Source: Octopus sinensis (lineage: Eukaryota). From it: a stretch of DNA of 64,000 bases. The notes beneath the pieces were generated by a model. That model was given only the letters and a program-made list of their open reading frames with translations, made no database searches and was not told the origin of the DNA. The stretch spans positions 33,108,001-33,172,000 of the forward strand of contig NC_043013.1 of assembly GCF_006345805.1 (NCBI RefSeq), given 5' to 3'. Below, in pieces: positions 52,479 to 64,000 of the stretch. Position numbers and translations under genes: made by a program. The first letter of the stretch is position 1. The number at the start of each line of letters is the position of its first letter.

Positions 52479-54193
52479 GTAAAAGATATATATCCATTTC
52501 TTGACACTTTAGTAAAAAAAAATATAGTTATACATCTGCTGTAATTGACTGAACGAGGTGAGGCATTTTGCAAAAGTTTAGCCCCTCAAGTGCCAGAGCA
52601 TCTTCGATTTTTCCTGCTGCATACAGCCAGATCAGAGGTTGAACAGCAACAAAAACAAAGGAAATGATCTAACATCGTCCTACCAATCAACACTGTGTTA
52701 ATGAACAAATGAATGAGTATCTGTATAGCCGTTGATTCTGCTAGAAATACCATTCAAATTTACATTAAACGACAGTCATTACCGCGTGAAACAATTGCAA
52801 GCATGTAGGCGCGATAGCTCATTCTCTCATACAAACATACAAATAAAACTACACATATATACACATAAATAAGAAAATGCGTATATAGACACACAGGTAT
52901 ATACGTTTATTCTCAAAGATTACAAAAATGCACACATGCACATCGAACGATAAGCTAGAAATCTTTCTGTACAAATGTATAAACCCCTATATGGGGTGAT
53001 GTTTTGCATCCGGGCTGTTGAAAGGCTGCCTGTTCGCTCATATTTCGGAGGAAGGTATAGACTATGAGATATCAAAACACAAATATAATGAAATGAACCA
53101 TCGTGCATACACACAAACAATGAATCCCCGTGTACGAGTGCACACACACAGATACACAAACACACACATAACACACTTAACCATGTCACACCAAGGCAAA
53201 CACATATCGCGCGATAAACAAAGAGCAATCTGTAGAATTTAACACCCAAGATGTAAATCACTCTTTCAATCTCTTAAAAATGTAAGGAACATTGGATTAT
53301 GTAGTTCTGAAATACGGACTACGTATTCAATACTGGAATGCCTTTCAATCTAAGGCATATGTCTGCCTCCAGGGCTTACCAGGGGATAGGCATAGAGCAC
53401 CAGCAGTAGTAATATCACTACCACCACCAACAAGTAAAGCTAAAAACTGTACCAATACAACACATGTGAAATACTCAGAGAAGAGATAAGCGCTAACTGA
53501 CCTGACATTGTCATTTAGAATACAATAGAAACGAAGCAAAAATTTTTACACAAATCAATGCGATTAGCCAATCAGATAAGGACACGTCATTCAATGAGAC
53601 GAAGCTAATTATTTCAAAAGTACACAGCTATGACGATGGAAAGTAAAAACTTTACAAAAGACGGCAATTACAGGGCAAAGCAACCTCGCATGCTTTTTTG
53701 TTTGTTTTTTTCTTTGTTGCTTCAAAACTGAGAATTTGGAAGTGGCTAGAGGAATCCAAGACAAATCTGTTAAACAAAAGGAAAAATATTATATTACGTG
53801 GAATCTAACACGTTCGAAGAGTTAATATGGTAATTTCATTCCGAAATAACAAAGTTGCAGAGAGCAGATGCTGAATTCTAAGATTCCGTAAAGTTAATTG
53901 AATATAAATATATATATCCCCAGGATAGGAATATTTCAGAATCCTAGAATCCTAGAATCCTTACTGAATTTTCTAAGGGAAAACTGCTAGATACTACTTA
54001 TAACTTTCTCGATATTGCGTATACATACATGCATACGTACATACATACATACATACATACATACATACATACATACATACATACATACATACATACATAC
54101 ATACATACGTACGTACATACATACATACATACATACATACATACATACATACATACATACATACATACGTACATACATACATACATACATACA

Positions 54194-54229
<36 letters not shown>

Positions 54230-54365
54230 TATATACATATATAAATAGAAATATATACATACATATGTATGTATATGCGTATATATATTATTCATATGTT
54301 TATATATGCATGTGTGTATATATACGTATACATATATATATATATTATATATATATGCACATATG

Positions 54366-54723
54366 TAGAGGTGCAATGACCAAGTGGTTAGGGCAATAGA
54401 CTTGCAATCGTAGGATCGCGGTTCGATTCCCAGACCGGGCGTTGTGAGTCTTTATTGAGTGAAAACACCAAAAAGCTCCAGGAGGCTCCTGCAAGGGCGC
54501 TGGGGGTGACGGCGAACCCTTCTGTACTCTTTCACCACAAATTTCTTTCACTCTTTCTTCCCATTTCTGCTGTACCTATATTTCACGCCAAATCTCCCCG
54601 AGAACTACGTTAAAGGTACACGTGTCTGTGGAGTGCTCAGCTACTTGCAGGTTAATTTCAATAGCAGGCTGTTCCGTTGATCGGTTCAACTGGAACTCTC
54701 ATCGTCATAACCGATGGAGTGCC
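54366..54723 (+). mobile_element. Family B SINE (M2 + tail T2)
   Basis: GAGGTGCAATGACCAAGTGGTTAG, GGTTCGATTCCC, TTATTGAGTGAAAACACC..AGCTCC, tail GAGAACTACGTTAAAGGTAC...ACCGATGGAGTGC. Confidence 0.92.
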
Positions 54724-55056
54724 TCGATACACATATACACAGGTGAGCACAGGTGAACACAGGTGAGCACAAGGTGGAATAATAGTACTCGAATAACAAA
54801 GGTAGAGTAATATAGGTTTTATTAAAGCTGCAAAAATATAGCTTGTGTGTGTGAGCAATACGCATTTTATTCTGTGATAATGCTCAGAGTTTCTCGCTCT
54901 TCTCGCTATGTTTGGGTACCATTTCGTCTGAACGAATTATGTGAAGAACGAGAAACTGAATAGCAACGGATCAAAACAACATCTGTTTGTGAATTAATAA
55001 TTATTCTCTGTAATATATATACAGAATACTTTCTCTCTCATGAGACTTGTCATGTG

Positions 55057-55121
<65 letters not shown>

Positions 55122-55130
55122 GTCTGTCTA

Positions 55131-55173
<43 letters not shown>

Positions 55174-55865
55174 GGCTATAACATGTGTGTGTTCGTTTCA
55201 CTGTGAGAGAGTATGAAATTTTTAAAAAATGTCTTTGACTAAGAAATATGAACAGAGAACTCAAAGGGACGCAACTATGTGTATCAAGTTCATTAGTCCG
55301 ACATAATAATTATGTCGGTGCAATAACTACAGATTTTTTTTTGATTGGTTATTTCTGAATTAGGATTCTTTGAATACGATTATATAACCGTATTATATAA
55401 GCTTTGATGAAGTCCACACATCTTCAAAACCTAGCCGAGATTGACCATAGCAGCATTTAGGCATCTATACAAGAGGAAATCACATGCCATAATTGTTTTG
55501 CCGGATTTACCATGGTGTAAAAATTAACCATAATAAATCAATGTATGTTGAAATTTTACTTATGTCACAGATTAGTGTTAACTAGGTAAAATAACGACAA
55601 TGAATAAACACATAAACTAAGATGAATACAGGAAGAAAAATAAATAAAGACTAGTAAGACGTTTTATTTAACACACCTGCCAGTATAAAGCTCGGAGGTG
55701 TTTTATATCCTTCTAGGTATATAGCTAGGATATAGCTGGAAAGAAGATAGAACTTTTAATCTGATTTCACATTCTATACTGATTGAATTACTCTTTTTGC
55801 AGACAACGGAAAGGTAGGAAAGCACTATTTGGGAAGCTGAACTTCCTGTTTTTTTTTATATCGAC

Positions 55866-56330
55866 ACATCATCCAGTCAGGCTGTTTGCCCGAGCCAGGC
55901 TGTCTATCTCTCTCTATGTCTTCCGATCTTCTATTAGTGTTTTTAGCTCTTCAACGTGGCATCCAGTATCTACTACAAGCTGTTGCATATACGTCTCTCG
56001 TGGTATTCCAGCCGCTCTGGTACCATGATTTGGTGTCCACAGCTTCACGTTACTCACAAATTCCTCTTTACTTCTCCAATGGCCAAGAATCCTCAATCTC
56101 CGCTCTTGGATGGTTGATGAGCAAATTGGTGCCTTCCCGTATAAACGTTGTTCTGTTGAGTGATCACTCCAAGAGATGTTGAGCACTGCACATAACATTC
56201 TGGTGTAGGCACCGTTCCACATGCACCTGATTCTCTTGGTGAGAGTCCAAATCGGAGCGCTGTACTTAAGGGTGTCGTTTGAACTTCATATCGCCTTGAT
56301 CAATTCGCAGGTATGCTTTAATTCAAACAA
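55866..56330 (-). pseudogene. RTE-clade LINE ORF C-terminus and 3' end
   Basis: ..LKYSAPIWTLTKRIRCMWNGAYTRMLCAVLNISW..LYG..IQERRLRILGHW..LWTPNHGTR..G.PR.TY..QL..DTG. This is the typical RTE post-RT region, followed by a GATGATG-like tail. Confidence 0.88.
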
Positions 56331-56335
56331 CGTAT

Positions 56336-56385
<50 letters not shown>

Positions 56386-59073
56386 GCTACTGTTCACCTC
56401 ATACACAATCTATGTATTCATATATGCGTAAGCGTGCATACGGATATACTCCGTCTTATATGCGTCTTTATAGTGCTAGCGAATTGTTGGTCTTGTGTGG
56501 TGCCATACTTATTCAGGAGAGTCACATAATATTTTGTTTATCGGTGTAAGAATTAATTGAAGCACAACAAACAATTTGTCCTATTTAGATCCTCAGGACA
56601 CTCAAATAATGTTCCCTAACCAAGTGTAAAAACTTTGAATTCGTTGGAATTACCTCCCCTTTGCTTCGTGAATCTCTTGTAATTATGCCATGGTTTTATG
56701 TTTCTTTCTTTAACTAAGAGGCAAATTGGAATGATTTTGGATATTTTTCATTTTTTTTTTGCATGTTATTTATTAGGTCCACTCCACCTTAATTTATCTA
56801 CTAATTTAACGGCAACTATTTCGTATTGTCCGTCCAGATTTTGGTCACTACCGCCATCTAGTGACAAGCTGAATAATTGTGGCTGACTAACTGGCGACAA
56901 AATCAAATGGTGAGGACGAGAATGGGGCAATGATGAATTCATTGAACGAGATAATGAGGATAATGAAATCTTGATTAATAAGTTCGATTGTGGCTATATT
57001 ATCTGCAGCTATAACAACAACAGCATCAACAAAGGGCGAAGCATGACTGTAATAGAGTTAGTGAAAACGATGTAGATAGTGATGATGATGATGATGATGA
57101 TGACGACAACGACGATGACGACGATGACAATGGCAAAATTTGTTACCATAAAATGACTTGAAGACATTAATCGCTACGATGATGATGGGTGCTACAGCTG
57201 ATTAGAAGACCAATATTGATGATGATTATTATTGTGTTGGTGTTGGTGGTGGCACCGGTGGTAGTTAAGTTTGTGATTGCCGTGGTGCTCATAATAGTTG
57301 TGCTATTACACGAAGAATAATTTCGAACGCCTTAAGCTTATAGACGTTACTCTCCTCTCTCTCCTCTACCTGTCCATCACCCTCTGTATATATACATACA
57401 TACAAACATATATATACATATATATATACATACATATATACATATATATATACATTTATATACACATATATACATATATATATATATGTATACATACACA
57501 CATACATATATAAATATATATGTATATAATACATATGTATACGCACACACATACATATATATGCATATATGTATGTGTATATATATATATACATATATAT
57601 GTGCATGCACATACATATACATATATGTATTCATACGTGTGTCTATATGCATGAGTATATTTATACGTTTATGTATGTATGTATATATATATTTAGACAT
57701 ACATAATTCTCTGGCTCTCTTCCTCTCTTTCCCTCGCTCTCCCTCTCTCTCTATTTCTCCCACTCTTACTCTCTTTCTCTCGCTCTCCCTCTGTCTTTAT
57801 GCATGTATATTCTCACACACGCGCTCGTGCACACACAGATAGACACAGACCCACAGATACATATATGAAACTTGATTGATCATACTGAGAATTTATTTCA
57901 CATACGGACAGATTAAGATACATATTGGGACGCAAAATATTCTCTTGCACCACATCCCAAAACATATGCATAGCCACACTCGTTGAAAGTAGATGCATGC
58001 ACGACTACACACAGCACAACGCACAAGCATATTCATTCAGTGGGCACAAGCTTGCTATCATATACTTACATTCATCCAGAGAAACTGAGGTCACAAATTC
58101 GATGCAATCTACAGTACGTATCACGACCACCACAACCACCACCACGACCACCGATATCACCACAACCACTACCACCACCACTACCACAAGCAACAACAAC
58201 AGTAACATTAACAACAACACCAACACCACAAGCAGCACCGCCTCCAGCATCACTAGCATCAGACCTTCCATCACTACCAGTAACATTACCTCCACTAGAG
58301 GACATCAGCATTTCACCCCTCAAAAAACCCATAACGAAGTCTAAATGAATCAGTCGTGAATTAAGAACTCAAAACGTAACTCTAAAACAATAACAACAAA
58401 AACAACATTAACTGCGGCAGCTACAACAGCAACAACAACAACAACAATAATAATAAACACAACAAATTAAATCAATCAATAAATAAAACGATAAAGAAAA
58501 TATACTACAAAATAAAACAACAACGAACACATCCAAGACCGAAAATAAACCAAACAAAATATGCTTGTATGATCCCCATTAAATGATAGAAACACACACA
58601 ACCTTGAAATGTGGTCAACAAGCGGTCAACTATGGTCAAACCTAGTAACAAGATATTGATAAAATTCTCTGGCAGCATTCAAGCGTTCAGTAACGTAATC
58701 AGAATGCATTTTTCTTGGTCAACATATTTGGATAATTTACACAAAATGCTCACCGCATGGATACTTGATGATTATGGCTAAAAGATAAATATCCCAGTTC
58801 TATTAAGATTCTCCTAAAATAATGTTCGTTGGATGGAGAAGGGCTGTAAAGTCAGTCCGCTCCTGTGAGTGAGCGTTGCAGGCTATGCGTATGTGCTTGT
58901 GCATTTGGCGTGCATATATTGTACGTGCTCTGCGTACGAATTGATCCTTCACACACACATAAACACACGCATACGCACACACACATCAAACAAACACACA
59001 CACACGTAAACACACACATACACATATAATGCTCATTGAGCGGTGAAGAGCCTGGCGTATGTGCGCAAGATGC

Positions 59074-59106
<33 letters not shown>

Positions 59107-59314
59107 AGTGTGTGTGTGTGATTGCGATTTTTTATTTGGCGGCTTCTGTCTGTGCGTGGACGAGTGTGTGTGTATGTGTATGTATGTGTATGTGTATGTC
59201 CGTGCTTCTCTTGATGTGCATGCGTGCGTTGTATAAATATTGACCCATAAAGCAACGTTAAATATACTTAAATGTATATATGTAGCTGCCAATACGTAAT
59301 ACAGTTAGTATATG

Positions 59315-59368
<54 letters not shown>

Positions 59369-59409
59369 AGTATATATATATATTTATATATGTATATAGT
59401 AGTGTATAT

Positions 59410-59440
<31 letters not shown>

Positions 59441-59532
59441 ATAGGCGAGTGTATGCGTGAGGTTAGATACAGGTATGGCGATACTGGTGCTTTTTGGAAA
59501 TGTGCAAGTGTTGTATGTTTGTGTATGTCTAT

Positions 59533-59563
<31 letters not shown>

Positions 59564-59844
59564 CATATATACGTACATATGTTCACACACTCACACATAT
59601 ATTTATACATATACATTGGCATACAGGTATAGAAGTGTATGAATATATAAGGTAGTAAATTACTAAACAACAGGCAGTTGCAAGTATGTGTGTGTGCAAA
59701 AGCATGTATATTTCAGTATGTGTATGTATGAACATGTGTGCATGTTTGTGTGTGTGTAAATGCGTGAGTATATGTCGCTGTTGCATGAATGTACCCGCAT
59801 ACGCATTTATCATAAAGTTTATTGGTTAAGGACTTGACGTCTAT

Positions 59845-60423
59845 TCTACCCTAGGCTCAAAGGCCGAAGGTTTTGGGGTGGGGGCAGTCGATTAGATGGA
59901 CCCCCAGTACGTACCGACCCCGAAAGTATGAAAGGCATAGTCGACCTCGGCGAAATATGACCTCAGAACGTAAAGACAGACGAAATGCCGCTAAGTATTT
60001 CGCCCGGGGTGCTAACGTTTCTTATTTCTTTATTGCCCACCAGGGGCTGCACACAGTGGGGACAAACAAGGACAGACACACAGATTAAGTCGATTATATC
60101 GACCCCAGTGCGTAACTGGTACTTAATTTATCGACCCTGAAAGAATGAAAGGCAAAGTCGACCTCGGCGGAATTTGAACTCAGACGAAATACCTATTTCT
60201 TTACTACCCACAAGGGGCTAAACACAGAGAGGACAAACAAGGACAGACAAAGGGATTAAGTCGATTATATCGACCCCAGTGCGTAAATGTTACTTATTTA
60301 ATCGACCCCGAAAGGATGAAAGGCAAAGTCGTCCTCGGGGAATTTGAACTCAGAACGTAGCGGTAGACGAAATACCGCTAAGCATTTTACCCGGCGTGCT
60401 AACGTTTCTACCAGCTCGCCACC
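59845..60423 (-). mobile_element. Family C SINE trimer with a perfect 19-bp TSD
   Basis: Three central domains. TTAAGGACTTGACGTCTAT at 59826-59844 and 60424-60442. Confidence 0.95.
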
Positions 60424-60774
60424 TTAAGGACTTGACGTCTATGTAGGGAATGTACGTATTGATACCTCTCTGAATGACATGACGGTGCCCATTTATGCAA
60501 AAGCACCCCATGACTACAAGATTATATGGCTGACAGGATTCATCCATATATACACAGATACGTGTATGTATGTATAACTACAGGCATATACATACATATC
60601 TGTACATGTCTATGCATCTGTGTGTACATATCATATACACACATGTATATGAATATATGTATGCAAGCAACATGGACGCATGTGTATGCACACACACACA
60701 CACACACACATATATATGTGTGTATGTATGTATGTATAAATACAAGCGTATACATACATACACACATACATACA

Positions 60775-60825
<51 letters not shown>

Positions 60826-60924
60826 GCGTGATGATGCATACTTAAATAAAAGCATAGATACATGCGTACATACACATATATTGACACGAATTTATATATG
60901 TGTGTGTGTGCGTGTATATGTTTG

Positions 60925-61104
60925 TGTGTCTGTGTTTGTCCCCCCAACATCGCTTGACAACCGATGCTGGTGTGTTTACGTCACCGGCAAAATAGACCGA
61001 TAGAATGAGTACTAGGTTTACAAATTAGTCGTGGTGTCGATTTGCTCGACTAAAGCCGGTACTCCAGTATGGCCACAATCAAATGACTGAAACAAGTAAA
61101 AGAT
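60925..61104 (+). mobile_element. Family A SINE 3' half
   Basis: GTTTGTCCCCCCAACATCGCTTGACAACCGATGCTGG...AAATGACTGAAACAAGTAAAAGA. Confidence 0.9.
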
Positions 61105-61109
61105 ACTAT

Positions 61110-61172
<63 letters not shown>

Positions 61173-61420
61173 ATAATAAATATTAGGGAATAATCCAAAC
61201 TTACAGGGAAAAATCAGATTTAGGATTGAATCCAATTTTATAGTAAACTATTATATTATATTAAATTAGAGACAAAACCACTATTAGGCAAACCATACAA
61301 TGAAAGACTTAAGCCATTGTATGATTTGCCTAAAGTGGTTTTATCTCTAATTAATATAATATATATATATATATATAGATATATATATATATTATATATA
61401 TATATATATAGATAGATAGC

Positions 61421-61480
<60 letters not shown>

Positions 61481-62154
61481 GTAAAAGAAGTAGCATCGAA
61501 GCGGTGGTCCAAGCTTTCAGATATAGCCTGAAAAGTCCTCATATAGAATACAATTATTGACGGGTTGTTCACGGTCTTCCATTATGTGTCTGCTAAATAG
61601 AAAATGACAGTAGAATCATAAGAACAGATGATAAACCTTGCAAAAGATTGAATAACTACAGGTATGTACATGTGGGCGTACAATTTGTGAATATACGTTT
61701 AGTTTTTAGTTGTTTTACTGTGTTTATACGTGTTAAATTTACTGCAGAGTTCAAAAATTTATTAACGCATATACACATGCAAATCTTAAATGGATGTACC
61801 AACTTTCACTTATATGAATAGGTACATTTTATTCATGCAAAATGGTTATAGATGTACCTTGTCAACCATATGTGTTGGTACACTTGATTACATTGTGAAA
61901 TATCTAAAATGGTTATCAGGAAAAATAGGATTATAAGACAAATTATAATCCAAGTACTTTGAAGTACTTGACAAATTATGGGGCAAATACAGCCAAGAAG
62001 TACTTGGTAAATGATAATCACTCAACGGAACTGCTAAAATGGACAAGGCATTCTCCACAAACAAGATCCAAATCTTGAATGTTGCTGCTATCAAAATTCA
62101 AATGTCTGGTCATTTTATGTGAGAAAGACGCTCTTATTCAGTTGAAGAATTGAA

Positions 62155-62420
62155 TACCAGTTAAACAACGGGGTCGATGTAATCTTGATGTAATCTCAGG
62201 CCTTGTGCTTGTAGTAGAAAGGATTCTTATAGTTAAGGCAGCGAGCTGGTAGGATTATTAGCACGCTGGACGAAATGCTTAGCAGCATATCGTTCGTTTT
62301 TATGTTCTGAGTTCAAATTCTGCCGAGGTTGTCTTTGCCTTTCATCCCTTCGGGACCGATAAATTGAGTCTCCTTCCCACCAAATATCAGGATTTGTGCA
62401 TTTAGTAAAAAGGATTATTA
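62155..62420 (+). mobile_element. Family C SINE tail fragment followed by a diverged monomer (62235-62420)
   Basis: TACCAGTT..GGGGTCGATGTAATC..GGCCTTGTGC..GTAGAAAGGATT, then AAGGCAGCGAGCTGG..TTCTGAGTTCAAATTCTGCCGAGG. Confidence 0.85.
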
Positions 62421-63114
62421 TTGTTACAGTTGTTATTTTTTTACCATACTTTGTCCTAATCTGATGTTTGTTGTCCAATATTAGATATGACTATTCAATT
62501 TAATATCTAAGGTGAGAAAGAGAGAACGAGGAGGGACAGGGGGAAAATAGATAGATAGAAAGATAGATAGATAGATAGATAGATATAGAGAGAGAGAGAG
62601 AGAGTGGTTGGTATAAAAAAGCGAAATGGGGGTGAGAGATCAATAGATGAAAATAAAAGCGATAGTCAAGGAAAAGATGATAGCTTGGCCATGAGGTTAC
62701 CTCGTGTTTCTCATTAAAAACCATTCACAATATGCATATACAATACAGTTCAGTCACATCGTACAATTAAAGGAATTCTTATGAAAATGTATACATTTAT
62801 ACAAGATGTACTCTTGTTGTGGTAGAAGATTTTGTTGTGGCTGATGTTTATTAAAGTGTGTATATATATATATATAAATGTATATGGTTGAAATTTTTTC
62901 TATGCAAATATGTATAAATGAGAAGACCCATATTAAAAGTGCAGAAGACTTTTTACAAATAAGCAGAAGACCCCAAATATTCCTCCTCCTCATCATCATC
63001 ATCGTCGTCAACGTCACCACCATCATGGTTGTCAACATAACCAATGTCGTTATTATTATTGTTGCGGCTGCTGCTGTTGATTTTTTGCATTTATCAAGGT
63101 GTTATTTTAATAAC

Positions 63115-63157
<43 letters not shown>

Positions 63158-63177
63158 ATATATAATGTAATATATAT

Positions 63178-63211
<34 letters not shown>

Positions 63212-63289
63212 CGTACTTACATACATACAGAGACACAAACACCTATGTAAATATATATGCATATATATATATATATTATATATATATAG

Positions 63290-63323
<34 letters not shown>

Positions 63324-63599
63324 TATAAATGAATATATATGAGACATACAGATAAAAGTATATAACATTTTAGTATTAATCTATAAACCGTCTATGATGA
63401 TAGTGGTGAAAGTGATGGTGAAGGAAAAGAAGAGGCGAAGGTGGAAGAGAAGTGTGAAAGGGGAACATAAATGGTAATATGTGATGCTATACGTTTCTTC
63501 GTCTGTTTCCCTATCTACACAACCTCTTACTCTCTCTCCGAGCATTAACTGGTGCCTGAAACAACCTATTAACGGAGTGAAGTATATCAACTCCCATAA

Positions 63600-63633
<34 letters not shown>

Positions 63634-64000
63634 GATATATATATAATATATATTTATATTATATATATATATCTATATATACTATATATATGTTTATATA
63701 TATATGTGCACATAAATACACTGTACCTTTAAACAACACACATAAGAGACATCCATCATAGGCTCCTTGCACGCTAGAGAGAACAGTCAAATTCCAGACC
63801 ACTATTAGGGATAAAATTTCGAAGTGAATGAAAAAAAAAATTACCATCTAACTCCTCCTTTTGTGTGTTTAAATGTACACTGTATTTATGTGAATAATAT
63901 ATATAGTCTATTGACTAAATTTTTACACGCTAGAAACTGGTAATAGAAATTTCTAATATTTCTGATTACTCTTTGATATTATTAATTAATTATATATATA

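Noticed and set aside
53938-53968. AGAATCCT(A) x3 short tandem
   Set aside because: Trivial local slippage duplication.
58005-58348. T/P-rich mucin-like ORFs
   Set aside because: Explained by cryptic (ACC)/(AAC) repeats; no convincing splice or domain evidence.
61833-62100. Possible third decayed RLE or other coding remnant (..RCTLSTICVGTLDYIV..)
   Set aside because: Only faint resemblance; the diagnostic RHD/PD motifs cannot be recovered.

Overview
AT-rich eukaryotic genomic DNA, extremely dense in microsatellites ((CA)n, (TA)n, (TATG)n, (GATA)n, (TAA)n, (GA)n) and tRNA-derived SINEs. The repeat families match those I recall from octopus (coleoid cephalopod) genomes; the species is an inference. 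I see no confidently supported host protein-coding gene, rRNA, bona fide tRNA or CRISPR array, and almost all ORFs in the six-frame track are microsatellite artefacts. The window looks intronic or intergenic. Recognisable coding remnants are all from transposons: a stop-free restriction-like endonuclease (RLE) C-terminus of an R4/Dong-type non-LTR element (35806-36327), a second decayed RLE element (41189-41607), an RTE-type LINE C-terminus (55866-56330), a zinc-knuckle ORF1/gag-like remnant (23655-24199) and mariner transposase pieces (27099-27269, 45948-46792). Non-autonomous elements include a canonical Helitron, two HINE/DINE-like elements, a Tc1/mariner MITE, a broken hAT MITE and Penelope-like repeats with hammerhead-like cores. 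The most interesting structure is in how the repeats relate to one another: (1) a SINE tail shared with a (GATA)n-embedded LINE-like 3' end; (2) dimeric and trimeric SINEs each bounded by one long target-site duplication; (3) all four combinations of two SINE middle modules and two tails; (4) a micro-inversion flanked by a 142-bp inverted duplication; (5) a mariner built from two left ends. I did not find a clearly new protein-based system. The exon candidates are speculative.
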